The translations under genes were made by a program, and so were the position numbers. A stretch of 63,838 nt of DNA, the filler included, from Collodictyon triciliatum (taxonomy: Eukaryota), in assembly GCA_043381765.1 (NCBI GenBank). It is 15 parts of 15 records of this genome, joined end to end, with 100 filler letters (N's around TTAATTAATTAA, not from the genome) between each part and the next. Parts side by side here need not be neighbours in the genome. Positions count along the whole stretch, not along the records: positions 1 to 4,377 come from JBHJMP010006169.1; positions 4,478 to 8,854 come from JBHJMP010006170.1; positions 8,955 to 13,329 come from JBHJMP010006171.1; 12 more parts are not named here. One strand, given 5' to 3'. Of this stretch, positions 1-13,244 are shown one piece after another. The notes below the pieces were generated by a model. It did no database searches and was not told the DNA's origin. It was given only the letters and a program-made list of their open reading frames with translations. Every line of letters starts with the position of its first letter. The first letter of the stretch is position 1.

Positions 1-212
1 GGACGAGTGGAGGATAACAGGGGGTGGGCTTTGGTACTGAAAATAAATGCCATAAAACATATGGAAAAGAGACCCTTGTATTATCCTTGTGATTTCGTTC
101 ATTTTCCAGTATCACATCTATATCAAGAGCGTGAATTTTACCGCAGATGCATGTCCAAATAAAGATGTAACAAATTGCATCATTATACTATATTTACATT
201 GAGTAAAGTGAC

Positions 213-2386
213 CTTCTAGTTGCGCTATTTTCAACCTAGATGCATCACGTTCTCGATTTAGCACCGCACATAACTCTGTGTTTTGTTTAACGACAGCCAG
301 ACGCTCCTTCTCTGCTTCCCTCAACTTTGTTTCTAGCAAGGCAAGGTCTCTTCCATGGGTCTGCATCTGAACAAGGCTGTTTTCTTCGGCGCGGTGTGAT
401 ATCAGCAGGGAAAACATAATTCAAGAAACATTCTGCTATTAAATGTGGAAATGCATTCCTTCGGAACGGATTGTATTAAAACGAGCATGCAATCACACAT
501 AGGTTTTTATTTCATTCCACCTTGTCATTTAATATATTTGTGAGGTTGTAAAACAAAATAAGAAACATTTATTCCTTTAATGAATTTTTTCCATTGGTAC
601 TCATTTCATTTTGTTCAAGATGTAGATGTTTCCTTTATCTCTACTTACGGATTTGTATTGTAATATATCTTTTTCCAAAAGTGAAATATGTGCTGCAGCG
701 CCTTTCTTTTCCTTCTCAAGCTCCAGCTCAAGGTCTTGAACTCTTAATTCTTGAAGATTTCTCAGCCGTATTTCCTTAAATTGAACCAAGGAGATTGTAC
801 AGAAGATTATATCAATTAATGAGATATGGGAAGAACCGAAGGAATGTTAAAGCTATTACAGGTTAAGACTTTTTGAAAATAACTAAAATAGGTGACAGTT
901 TAACAAAATAAGCTACCTGGCTAAGTTTTGTTTGCAAATCGATAACTACTTCTTGCTCAGTGGACACTCGCCTTCGTTCCTCATTTACCTGGATATATGT
1001 ATTGAGGTGAGTCTTAAAAGAGGCCTAAAGAGATAGAAAAAAATTATCCTGACTGGGTTTTGTGCTTCTTGATTAAATATATTACAATAGTTGCAAATTC
1101 ATTCCTTTGCTTTTCAAGCACGCGTAGTTGGTCGGATTGTGAGCGCTTAAGGAGCTCAAGTTCGTTCTGAAGCATGACAGCCTTAGCTTGTTCGCGACTT
1201 TTTGCCGATTGTGCCTCTCTGTTACGAACCAAGGCGATATCCACTGCATGAATAGCCTCTTCATTGATATCATTTCCACCAAGTTCCAAGTCAATCAAAG
1301 AATAATTCCATTTCATAGCATCAGATATGTCCCGCCCTCCGAGTATACCAAGATTATTCCATCTCAGGTCTGTAAGTGTATTCACATAACAAAACAGTGT
1401 AAATTGTTGTGTTAATAGTCAACATTGATTGTCGGCGCTTAAATATGACCGGATATGGTATTAATTAACTAAATTAAATCCTTTAAATTTTGATAAAAAC
1501 TGAATACAAACCAATCTTTCGTAGAGTTTCGTTTACTTTCAGGCATGCAGCAACAGAAGACCCCGATGTAGGTCCGATTCGGTTATTTCGCAAATCGAGA
1601 TTCATCAGTGTCTTGTTCGATGCAGCTGCTTCCATAAAAGAGCGAAATCCTGCTTCACAAAGGCCGAGGCAGTTCCATTCAAGAGATAACCTTGTATAAT
1701 TATATCAAATATGAAATACCTCTGCTTCATTGACACTTTGAATCGAATAAAGGAAAAAATCTGCTTGATTGAGGGTTTTTAAAAAGTAAGTATTCCAATC
1801 ATTCGGCATTATCAGAGGAAATTCTGAAACGGCCACAAAATGTCTTGGTTTTCTATTCATTACGCTATCGATATGAATGTTCAATAATTTTTTGGAACTC
1901 TTGATTATTATTTTTTTTAAAAAAAAAACCTACGTTTGCAAGATTTTGTTTGCTCGAAGCATCTTTGCTAGGGCCGTAGCTCCTTCGGCCCGTATGTTGT
2001 TTCCACGAAGATCCAAATGCGCAATTGTTGTATTTGTCAACATTGCATCACAGATATAAGAACAACCTTAAGTTTTAATAGTTTTGATTTCGTGTGGGCA
2101 TTAAAGTACAAGAATATATGTTTTAAATAGACAAATATCGATGGGCTATGCATTTACGGTGATTTCAGGGAGACATAAAAGGAGAGAGAAGAAAAAAAAA
2201 GTAAACTTGCATGTATGAAAAAATTGGGTGATGTGTCATCACTGAGAAAAATATCGAAAACTTAAAAGTCTGCGCGAATATGGAATATTTTTAATTCTTA
2301 CCAGTGTCCCCAAGATATGTATCACTTAAATCCAGCACGGTTATATACTGATCTTCTTTCAAAGCGGCAGCCAACGCCATTGAAGC
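213..2386 (-). CDS. LRRC45: LRRC45-like protein (RNI-type LRRs plus coiled coil), partial; exons approx. 2386-2302, 2066-1934, 1690-1512, 1369-1086, 988-917, 774-649, 402-213
   Basis: Spliced translation includes LDLSDTYLGDTG, HLDLRGNNIRAEGATALAKML, LSLEWNCLG, LDLRNNRIG, DLRWNNLGILGGR, LELGGNDI and then heptad coiled coil. This follows the LRRC45 LRR series as I recall it (LDLKGNNL/LEWN/LDLRNN/LDLRWNN.GLLGGR). Intron phases are consistent. Confidence 0.8.
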
Positions 2387-3624
2387 CTATATCGGAAGGA
2401 ATGTAGTTATAATTAGATTTCCAGTTTATAATCAATTACAAATGTAAGCGTCTTGATTATTTTGACTAAAAAATTTTTTTTTGAACTTGTGCCGTGGCTG
2501 TGAGGCTGAATAGGCTTATTGCTAGTTTTTCTCATAAAANNNNNNNNNNNNNNNNNNNNNNNNNNNNNNNNNNNNNNNNNNNNNNNNNNNNNNNNNNNNN
2601 NNNNNNNNNNNNNNNNNNNNNNNNNNNNNNNNNNNNNNNNNNNNNNNNNNNNNNNNNNNNNNNNNNNNNNNNNNNNNNNNNNNNNNNNNNNNNNNNNNNN
2701 NNNNNNNNNNNNNNNNNNNNNNNNNNNNNNNNNNNNNNNNNNNNNNNNNNNNNNNNNNNNNNNNNNNNNNNNNNNNNNNNNNNNNNNNNNNNNNNNNNNN
2801 NNNNNNNNNNNNNNNNNNNNNNNNNNNNNNNNNNNNNNNNNNNNNNNNNNNNNNNNNNNNNNNNNNNNNNNNNNNNNNNNNNNNNNNNNNNNNNNNNNNN
2901 NNNNNNNNNNNNNNNNNNNNNNNNNNNNNNNNNNNNNNNNNNNNNNNNNNNNNNNNNNNNNNNNNNNNNNNNNNNNNNNNNNNNNNNNNNNNNNNNNNNN
3001 NNNNNNNNNNNNNNNNNNNNNNNNNNNNNNNNNNNNNNNNNNNNNNNNNNNNNNNNNNNNNNNNNNNNNNNNNNNNNNNNNNNNNNNNNNNNNNNNNNNN
3101 NNNNNNNNNNNNNNNNNNNNNNNNNNNNNNNNNNNNNNNNNNNNNNNNNNNNNNNNNNNNNNNNNNNNNNNNNNNNNNNNNNNNNNNNNNNNNNNNNNNN
3201 NNNNNNNNNNNNNNNNNNNNNNNNNNNNNNNNNNNNNNNNNNNNNNNNNNNNNNNNNNNNTCTGATTATCCAGAAGTGAAGTTTAAGGATTTAAATATCT
3301 GTTGTAATTATATGCAGTTTTTATATTTTTTTGTCCTTCCATGGAAAAAAAAAGAGTCCCTAAAAAAAAGTTAAGAAATCATATTATACCAAACCTGCTC
3401 TGATTTTAATTTATTAGCCTCCATGATTGTGATTCGTTCATTGTACATCTTAAACCGCTCTTCGTTCTCTGTTGTTAATTTTTGGACATATTGTTCGTGC
3501 GTAGACCCCAATTCCTTTAAACAAGAGAATGAGTTTATTGTTCACCTCTTGTGATTTAATTAATTTTTTTCCATGGCTCACTTCTTTTCCCCATCTACCG
3601 AGAGAAAAGAAGTATTTTTTATTC

Positions 3625-4377
3625 TACTGAAAATAAATGCCACATAACATATGGAAAAGAGACCCTTGTATTATCCTTGTGATTTCGTTCATTTTCCAGT
3701 ATCACATCTATATCAAGAGCGTGAATTATACCGCAGATGCATGTCTAAATAAAGATGTAATAAATTGTATCATTATACTAGATTTATATTGAATAAAGTG
3801 ACCTTCTAGTTGCGCTATTTTCAACCTAGACGCATCACGTTCTCGATTTAGCACCGCACATAACTCTGTGTTTTCTTTAACCACAGCCAGACGCTCCTTC
3901 TCTGCTTCCCTCAATTTTGTTTCTAGCAAGGCAAGGTCTCTTCCATGGGTCTGCATCTGAACAAGGCTGTTTTCTTCGGCGCGGTGTGATATCTGCAGGG
4001 AAAACATAATTCAAGAAACATTCTGCTATTAAATATGGAAATGCATTCCTTCGGAACGGATTGTATTAAAACGAGCATGCAATCACACATAGGTTTTTAT
4101 TTAATTCCGCCTTGTCATTTAATATATTTGTGAGGTTGTAAAACAAAATAAGAAACATTTATTCCTTTAATGATTTTTTCCATTGGTACTCATTTCATTT
4201 TGTTCAAGATGTAGATGTTTTCTTTATCTCTACTTACGGATTTGTATTGTAATATCTCTTTTTCCAAAAGTGAAATATGTGCTGCAGCGCCTTTCTTTTC
4301 CTTCTCAAGCTCCAGCTCAAGGTCTTGAACTCTTAATTCTTGAAGATTTCTCAGCCGTATTTCCTTAAATTGAACCA
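3625..4377 (-). repeat. Near-identical second copy of 35-788 (LRRC45-like coiled-coil exons), followed by a further exon at about 3395-3515
   Basis: Aligns by eye at offset 3590/3589 with scattered substitutions and one 1-bp indel. ORFs 118-417 vs 3726-4007 and 594-779 vs 4183-4368 are almost identical. Confidence 0.92.
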
Positions 4378-4485
4378 NNNNNNNNNNNNNNNNNNNNNNN
4401 NNNNNNNNNNNNNNNNNNNNNTTAATTAATTAANNNNNNNNNNNNNNNNNNNNNNNNNNNNNNNNNNNNNNNNNNNNAAAAAAAG

Positions 4486-4545
<60 letters not shown>

Positions 4546-4751
4546 AAAAAAAACAAAAAAAAAACAAAAAAAAAGACACCTTTTTATTTTTTAATTTTAG
4601 AAAAATAACCCTTCGAATAAGAGTCAGTTCGTATGTCAAACACTCATATTTACAAAAGTAATCAAACACATCACCCAAACTCTCCCTTCTTTAAGCGCTT
4701 ATTATTGAAACTTTTTCTATTCCGAATGCAATTAAATATTTTCCACCAAGG

Positions 4752-7457
4752 ATGGCTGCGATTGGAGGGGAATCGAGACTAAGCCAAAAGAGAGAATCAG
4801 AGTTGACAGGCGCATCAAAAGTTAACGCAGACAGACAGGAAGCCACTCTTCAAAAGCTGTCAAACTCGCCGACTCTTCCGCCAGAGGCTCAACTCCATTC
4901 TCAAATCCATCCATGTGATTGCAAACACTCCAGCTCACATGATTGCCCTTCCCCCTCTGAAATCCAAAATGATAGCCAAAGTGACAATCAAAACCAAGAC
5001 GAAAGCTTTCATCGGGATTATACCGAGCCTGTTATTCTTTCCCAGTCACACGACTTGCTCCTCTCCTCTCACACACTCCTTGGCTGTGGCCCGTTCGGTC
5101 CTCTTTACTCCACCCAATTCCAAAGTTTCCGTGTTACCCTCAAGACTCTTCACCATCTTCCAAAACACTTGGACACGCAGTCATTGAAGCCAATCATCAG
5201 CAGGTAGGCAAAACCGCGAATAATCGTCACCATGCTCATTATCAACATCGCCATGAATCCCAATTACAAGGATTCATATTCAATCAGACTCATGACTTGA
5301 TATCCATAGGCTCAAGCACCCAAATCTGACGTCTCTTGTTGCCATTATCGGACCCAGTGAGCGAAACATTTGGTACGTTGCGGAGCAGTATATTGATGGA
5401 TCTGACGTCTCTTTAGAGTCTGTGCTCATACGGTCCAGTCATCTCTTATCACCTATGGCCAGAATCAGAATCCTGCTTGACGTGGCATCCGCTCTTAGTC
5501 ACTTACACCAATCTTCGCCGCCAATTGTCCATAGACATGTGACCCCTGGAAATATACTATTGCAACCGTGTATTACAGCGACAGATTCAAATAGACTTTT
5601 CCACGCTCGCGTGTCTCACTCTATCGTGGGCTCTCTTCTCAACTTAGCTAATAACCACCCTGAACTTCTGCACTCTGATTACTCCGAGGCGAATAAATCC
5701 AGAAAAGACCATAAAATCATCGGTTCTGTTGGATACATCTGCCCTGACTATGCAATAACAGGGTTGGTGCATCCATCAGTGGACCTGTATGGATTTGGAG
5801 CTTTGACAATGCAGGTTATACTATATTTCACATAGCTTTTTATTATCTTATTTTGTTTACTCTAAGATGTTTTTGCTACCTCTATATTTTGAAAAATTAC
5901 ACTTGTGATCGAGTAGCGTATTCATTCATTCTTTTTTATATTTATCTATTAATCATCCCTTACCCTTTCCTAAAAAAAATAAAAAATAAAAAAAAATTCA
6001 CGCTACATATTATTAACCATATATTTGATGCTAGTTGGTGACAAGAAAGTCTCAGCCTCCAGAAAGTATCAATGTAGATTTTGCAAGGCCAGATAGGAAT
6101 CATAAGGCCATAGATGAGATTTGTATTCATGCAGATATCGTTGGAGGGGAGTGGAAGAAACAGGATTTGCACCGACTATTGGAATTATCATTGCGATTAT
6201 TGACTCCAATATCCCGAAAAAGACCCTCTATCGAATATGTCTCGCAATACCTCCGTGAGACACTAGGATTAGAAGGACACGGGTACGATGTCTCGGACAC
6301 AGCTTATTCTTCTTTGAAATACGGGCCATATTCTATAGGAAATGAAGAAAAATCAGATTCTCTCGTTTGTCATGGTTCAACACACATGGATGAATACCCT
6401 CTCATGAGTGCACCGAGAAGGTATATATTACGTTCAGTTCTTAATAAACACACACATAATTGTTGACTTTCACTTTCAGTCCTTCATTAAAAGTAACTAT
6501 CCCTTTTTCCTCCATCTTGCTATTGTTGTTATACAGAAGCAGTATTCTTTTTTCTTTTCGAATAAAAAGATAATTTATATTTCCTGGGCGAAACGTTTAA
6601 AAGTATCGATATTATTTCCTAGTGTATACCATGTAGATATATATATATTCACTCATGCAATAACACAAGCAGCTCCGTATTCCAAGAACGGATTGAAGCG
6701 GCTTCCGTTTACCTAGAAAAAGTAAATGAAAATAATATATGATATCTTTATCAAGATTCTGAGGATAACAAAATCCATCTTCTATGTATTTGATATAATT
6801 ACATCCATTGCGTACCAGGTGAAATCAAGATTTTCAAATCAGCCAGAGGTGTATTTTGAGTTTCTACAGACGATGAGAGATTACAAAAATGGCTTGTACG
6901 CATTTATTAAATTTCTATTTCCATATATATGTGTTTTAAGTGGCAGGTTTGTACTGTTGTATTAATTTTAGTACGACGCCTATACTAATAAAAAAAATGC
7001 ACTTACTACCTATTTATTCAATTTATAACATAACCAACTCATATAAAACGCCAGAATACATTCTCCAAACCTAATTGAAAGAATCAGAAACCTGTTCGAC
7101 GCTGCGCCATCCCTCAACGAGGAATTTAAGCATTTTCTCTTTGATGAAACCGAATCTTTGATTGAGTGTGATGGGAATGCTTATTTGCATTCTTCCTCGG
7201 ACAATCATCCCAACCAACAGCCAAACTCGCATTCACCACCCGAAAACACAGCTGAAGACGGAATGGGTAATAATGACAACCAAAGCCACCAGCAAATCGA
7301 AGAAATCGAAGAGATTGACCAAAGCCATGTAAAAGATGCTTCGAAGCTTCACAGCGCACATGCCGAGGTGTTGCAAATGAACGAAGTCTCAAAGGATGAA
7401 TCTGATAGTTCAAGAAACAGCTTTACTCGGGCCCTTTCATTTGTACATGCGGTCAAG
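4752..7457 (+). CDS. Pelle/IRAK/RLK-like pseudokinase fused to PAH (paired amphipathic helix) domains; exons 4752-5203, 5310-5814, 6035-6420, ~6670-6721, 6819-6895, 7055-7457; 3' end lies in the gap
   Basis: Kinase subdomains LGCGPFG, VTLK, LKHPNL, RIRILLDVASALSHLH, IVHRHVTPGNILL, IGSVGYICPDY, DLYGFG, KRPS. Then IEAASVYLEK|VKSRFSNQPEVYFEFLQTMRDYKNGL|IHSPNLIERIRNLFDAAPSLNEEFKHFL (PAH) and FTRALSFVHAVK| (start of a second PAH). All junctions are GT-AG and in phase. Confidence 0.8.
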
Positions 7458-8566
7458 GTTACTGAATACATAATTTTACATATAAATTCCATAGCAGACA
7501 TAATTGGATATTTGTGTATATTCTGCTTATCTATAAAAACACCTTCCATGGATAACTCATCGAGCCTCATCGCTTGAAACTTGAAAAAAAATGCGCAGGG
7601 GGTTATAACCTTAACTGGGCTTTTTTTTTTTTTTTTTNNNNNNNNNNNNNNNNNNNNNNNNNNNNNNNNNNNNNNNNNNNNNNNNNNNNNNNNNNNNNNN
7701 NNNNNNNNNNNNNNNNNNNNNNNNNNNNNNNNNNNNNNNNNNNNNNNNNNNNNNNNNNNNNNNNNNNNNNNNNNNNNNNNNNNNNNNNNNNNNNNNNNNN
7801 NNNNNNNNNNNNNNNNNNNNNNNNNNNNNNNNNNNNNNNNNNNNNNNNNNNNNNNNNNNNNNNNNNNNNNNNNNNNNNNNNNNNNNNNNNNNNNNNNNNN
7901 NNNNNNNNNNNNNNNNNNNNNNNNNNNNNNNNNNNNNNNNNNNNNNNNNNNNNNNNNNNNNNNNNNNNNNNNNNNNNNNNNNNNNNNNNNNNNNNNNNNN
8001 NNNNNNNNNNNNNNNNNNNNNNNNNNNNNNNNNNNNNNNNNNNNNNNNNNNNNNNNNNNNNNNNNNNNNNNNNNNNNNNNNNNNNNNNNNNNNNNNNNNN
8101 NNNNNNNNNNNNNNNNNNNNNNNNNNNNNNNNNNNNNNNNNNNNNNNNNNNNNNNNNNNNNNNNNNNNNNNNNNNNNNNNNNNNNNNNNNNNNNNNNNNN
8201 NNNNNNNNNNNNNNNNNNNNTTTTTTTTATTTCTTCCCTTTACTATTTAAACAAGGACTAGTAACTATTACGAATAAATCCTCCGTCGACATGTCTCGTC
8301 TTTATTAAATAATAGTTTTTTAATTACAAAAACAGAAATCAGAAGTAACTCCCTACCCACAACTACTTAACACGGCTGGATTCGTTTCGATATTTGATTA
8401 TAATCCACCATTCGCGCTTTATTCCTTTTAGACTGTTCACGAAGCTCTGTTTGACAGATACATTCAGTTTTATTCTCTCTTCCTCTCCCTCCTACTTCTT
8501 TTGCTTTACCCCTATTTCATTCATGTTTTTGTTCTCTAGCCGTCGAATTCCAATTCCTGCCCTAAT

Positions 8567-8671
8567 TCAAGAAAGGTCTTCGCGGTTGGCTCCTCTAGGT
8601 TCTAGCATAAGCGACATATCATAAAGCTTGCCCTCGTCTTCGTGCGGTAGATATCTCAGCAGCCCAGAAGA
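8567..8671 (-). CDS. Terminal exon of a probable RasGEF (CDC25-domain) protein
   Basis: After a CAG acceptor: SSGLLRYLPHEDEGKLYDMSLMLEPRGANREDLS*. LYxxSLxxEPR is the typical end of the RasGEF catalytic domain. Confidence 0.6.
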   Translation of the reverse strand, partial: SSGLLRYLPHEDEGKLYDMSLMLEPRGANREDLS

Positions 8672-8762
8672 CTGCGTAGTGGATGGTTATTATTTTCTTT
8701 CTGTTAGTGAGAAAAACAAAAACAAACAAAAACAAACAAAAACAAACAAAAACAAACAAAAA

Positions 8763-8854
<92 letters not shown>

Positions 8855-8954
8855 NNNNNNNNNNNNNNNNNNNNNNNNNNNNNNNNNNNNNNNNNNNNTT
8901 AATTAATTAANNNNNNNNNNNNNNNNNNNNNNNNNNNNNNNNNNNNNNNNNNNN

Positions 8955-11900
8955 CCCAAGTGACCGGTTCATAAACGCAACCGAGCGAGTAGTTATGCTA
9001 CTGTCTCCATACTTTGGTTGGTACTTGAGAGGCCACGCTCCAGCTGCTCTCGCGCTGGCAATGAGTGTGTTCAGGTCCTGTCTCGAAACACCCCCAGAAT
9101 AAAATGCGGTTACAATATCTTCAAGATAGCTGGTGTCGCTTGTCAAATCAACTGCTTCAATGCCATAAGTCGCCATAGCATTCAAAAATGTAGCATAAGA
9201 ATTAAAAGCGAATGTGGTATTATTGGTACCTGGGGCAGCTGTTTCAAAGAACCGTGACACTTTCTGAGCAAATCTGCTAGCGTTGGATGTGTCTCGGGAA
9301 TCTCTCACTTGCGGTCTGTTTGGTGCGAATACTGGTGTCATACTTGGTGTAGCTCCAACAAACGAAGGTGTAACTGGATTGATACCTGCGCCGCGTTGGG
9401 AAGCAGTAAATGATTGTTGCGAACGTGATCCCATACCAGTACCGAGAGTATTATTTTGCGGCTGTCTTGGGGTTGTGGTTCCCTCTCTGGGTGTAGCCCT
9501 GCCTGCTCTCTTTTCTGCTTTATATCTATCTAAATTTGCTCGTAGGTCAATATTTTCCTGGACGAGTCTTTGAATTTCTTGTTCTCGTTCGTTACTTTCT
9601 CCGGTTTGGAATAGAATTGTGTCACCCTGTGCCCGTGTTTGCGCAATTAGGGCTTGTATGGTCTGAGCATCTGCGTCCCTGTCTGCTTGTAATCTTGCAA
9701 GTGCCTCGTCTGATTGACGCACAAGGTCAAGATTACTTTGTTCTAATCGAGCTATTGTTTCCTGATAAGCTATCTCTTGTTCAGCAAGTCTACCTTCTAG
9801 CGTTCTTATTCGTTCTGCACGTTTTTCATCATTTGATCGTTTTGCCTCTGGAGTCTTACCTGGATTAGGTTTGTTAGCTTGCTTTTGTCTTTCTTCTTCA
9901 AGTTTTTTTTCTGCTTCTTGTCTTGCTCTACCTACTTCTTCAATCTGTTGTCGAAGCTCTTGGTTTCTGGTTTGCTCCTCGTTAGCGCGGTTGATTGCTT
10001 GTTTCAGTCTTTTGGGTGTGGCCTTGGGTGCGGCAGCAGCAACATTTGCTGCATCAAGTTCAGCTTGTTTTGCGTCGAGTCGCCTTCTAAGTTCTGCTAT
10101 TTCCTCGGCTAACTGCTCATTTTGTTGTTGGTCTGCTTCTGGCTGTTGTTGTTGCGCTTGAAGCGCAGCCATTTGTTGTTGTAAGTTGGCCATTTCTTGT
10201 CGCAGCTCTTGATTCTTAGCCTGCTCTTGATTCGCACGATTAATTGCTTTCTTTAGCCCACCGCTTTCCTTTGCTTTTTTTAGTTCTTCGATTTGCTCTT
10301 GTCGCTCTTGATCGAGAGACATATAGAACTCCAATTGTTGTAGTCTCAGCTTCTCAAGTTTTACCAGGTCGTTGGCTGCTATTTTCAATGCATTTTGCAT
10401 TATATCGAGGTCTCGATTGCCTTGAGGAGTTAATTCTTTTCGTCTTGCAACGAGGGCTAATTGTGTGCTCTGTACTGTATTTAGTAAGGCCCCAGCTCTA
10501 TCAGCATCATTACCTTGAAGGACCGAGAAATCTCTATTGAATTGCGCGATAATACCCTGTTTTTCAGGTCTGTCAATGTCTCGAATGGCTAGTTGTTTAT
10601 TCAATTGTCCTCTTAATTGTCTCAATTCATTTTGTAGTTGTTCAATGTACAGCTGCTGGGCTCCCAAGAAATCATTTTGTGTGGTCGTTAAGGCTGTACT
10701 GGGGCTCATTCCTTTGGCCACTGCTAGATTTCTGGTCGTCTTAGCTATTCTGACAGTCAAGGCTTTTGAATTGTTTATAAATTCTTGGGCCGCTGGACTT
10801 CTTGGTGGTTGTGAAAACACAGGTGGGTCAGGAGCAGGTAACGCAAGTGGGGGTCTGATTGGTGTAAACGATCGCTGTGTGGCAGCTGTTTGTTGTGACG
10901 CGCCTGATTCGATTCGTCCTTTCGGTCTATCGGGTGTCTTGTCGGATGTCCATGCAATGACCCCTCCACTTTTCTTGGGTGTCACAGGATCTTCTCGATA
11001 TCTGATTTCATGAAGCGGAGTCCAGGTTTGAGTAGCAGCCTGAGTTTGCGCAACCGAAGCAGGTTTTTTGGGTCGGCGAGGTGTCAACTCTGACATTTTA
11101 TTTCGTAAGTTGGCGATATCCTCGGCGTCCTCTAACATTTTCTTTCGTAACTTGGCAATATACTCGGCGTCCATTTTGCGGGCCGTTTCGTTGACGTCTT
11201 GTATTCTCAACATACCATAGAATAAGTTGTCATACAGTTGTTGAGCTTCACTTGCTACTCCTTGCAGCCGTGCTAATTCTTTATTTAGTTCATCATTTTC
11301 TTTTTGTAGTTTTCTGATTATCTCATCTTTTGAAGTGTCCCCTGGCTCATCAAAAGTTAATTGTCTTCTAGTAACTTCTCCGGAATCACCGATTCTTTTA
11401 GTTCCAAACTTAGATACATCTTCAGTATATGATTTTGCTCTTTGTAAAAATTCTACCCGTGTGGCTGCCGGTGTGGCTAAAGCTGAGTCTGCTTCTTGTG
11501 CTTGCTCCAAGTCTGTAAAAGTAATATCAATGTCATCTGGTGACGTTGGCACTGTTACTTTTACATTCGCCAGTCTCATATTATCGTTCAGGGCTTGTTT
11601 GGTGTTCGGCTGAAGTTGTTCGGCTTGCTTTTGTGCGGCTAAAAACAGTGTCCTGATGTCACTCAAGAAATCGTCGTCGGTGGGGAGATCCCGTTCAATT
11701 AAACCGTCTATCTCTGCCAATTGTTGGGCGATATTTGCCTCGTCATCCTCACCAAAGTACAAATTCGCTTCGGTTTGTGCTAAATATGTTTGTTGTAAGG
11801 CCTCGCGTCTGATACGTTGTGCTCTGATTATACTTGTTAACATCTCGTTTACAGCTGTATCATATGCGATATTTCTTACTTGAGCCTCAGGTTCAAGAGT

Positions 11901-13244
11901 TTCGACCTCTGCTTCTTTGTATTGTTTTACTTGCTGCATATAAATTAACATCATTCTGGCTCTGAAAGACGGGTCGAGTGTGCTAGGCAATTGTGGCCCT
12001 AATGTCGGCAATTGATCGAGCAATGTGTCTCTTTCTTGTCGCAGTTGTTGAATTTGTTCTTTGATAGTTGGTCCCAATTCTTGTACGGCTGTTTTTGCTG
12101 CTTTTTTCCCTGCTTGTCGAGCTGCTCTTATCATTTCGTCCCTTTCAGCTTGTTTGGCTTTTCTTGCGTCTCTTTCTGCGGCTCTTTCAGCTCGCTCTTT
12201 ATTCAGTCTGCGCTCTAAGAGGGTTTCAGCAATCAACTCTTCTTCGGCCAGTCGTTCGAGTAGAATTAATCTGGCATCTCTTAGTTCTTCTTTGGTCTCC
12301 TCATCAACCCATATATTGTAAAGTGTTTGTGTTACTTCTGCTGTAAGGTACTCGTTCAATACTGCTTCGGCATCGTCCCATTCTGTATCATTATAATCTC
12401 CTGAGGGTACGAACTTTGGAAAGTCTGTGTATTGTAGAACTCCTCGTCCACGCAGCAACTGTAAAATGCGATTAGCGAGAGCGTGGATGTGTGTCGGGAC
12501 TGGTATCCCCCTTTTGCGTTTTTGTAGGTACTCTAAAACGAAAATCTCTCTGGTGGTGGACGAAAAGGTGTTTCGAAGCAGGCCGTAACGAGCACTGATC
12601 TGGTCAGCGTCTAATAAAACTGTATTTTCGTCTTCTTTTATTTCTTCTTCTTTTTGTTCTCCTTGTGGCATTTGTCTGTCTGCATCAAATATGTTTGGGT
12701 CTATATCTCGAAATTCTTGTGGTGTACCAGGTGGTGATCCTGCTCTTGAAGGTGCTGCTGTACTCGGTTCACTACCGATATTTTCTTGAAGTATAGGTTG
12801 TGGTGGTCCCATAGCTCCTTTTGATAAGGGTCTGTCAGGACTAATAGGTCTTTTAGATTCTTCATAAGCTTTTTTTAACGCTGGCCATTGATAAGCTATG
12901 TTCCAATCTCCACCTTTGCCACCTTTTTCTTTTGTTTTTTCTGTTGGATTTACATTAGCAAATCCCCACGTTTCTTTGAAATACCTTATTTTATCTTCTT
13001 CATCATATAAATCCAATACCTCATCTATACTATCGTTGGCTGCCTCAATAGATCCATATGTCATTTCTGCTATACGATTCCACGCCTCATTCATTTTTGA
13101 TGGTCTTTTTGGATCAGGGTTTTTCATCTTTTCAAATAAACCAAATGCTTTCTCTAGCGACGTAACAAGCAAAGGCCTTGTATCTATTTCTCCCCTCCAA
13201 TGTTTTTTAATTTGTTCTAACGTTATTTTGGGTGGTGAGCTCAT
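8955..13244 (-). CDS. Intronless large coiled-coil protein (>1430 aa, open at the 3' scaffold end), function unknown; possible viral or mobile-element origin
   Basis: A single uninterrupted ORF fills the scaffold. First ATG at 13244 (MSSPPKITLEQ). Long E/Q/K/R/A-rich helical stretches, no motif I recognise, no introns or microsatellites. Confidence 0.85.

Noticed and set aside
2494-8308. Long ORFs made of X residues (2494-3279, 7574-8308; also 46581-47180, 60291-60584)
   Set aside because: They merely run through assembly gaps.
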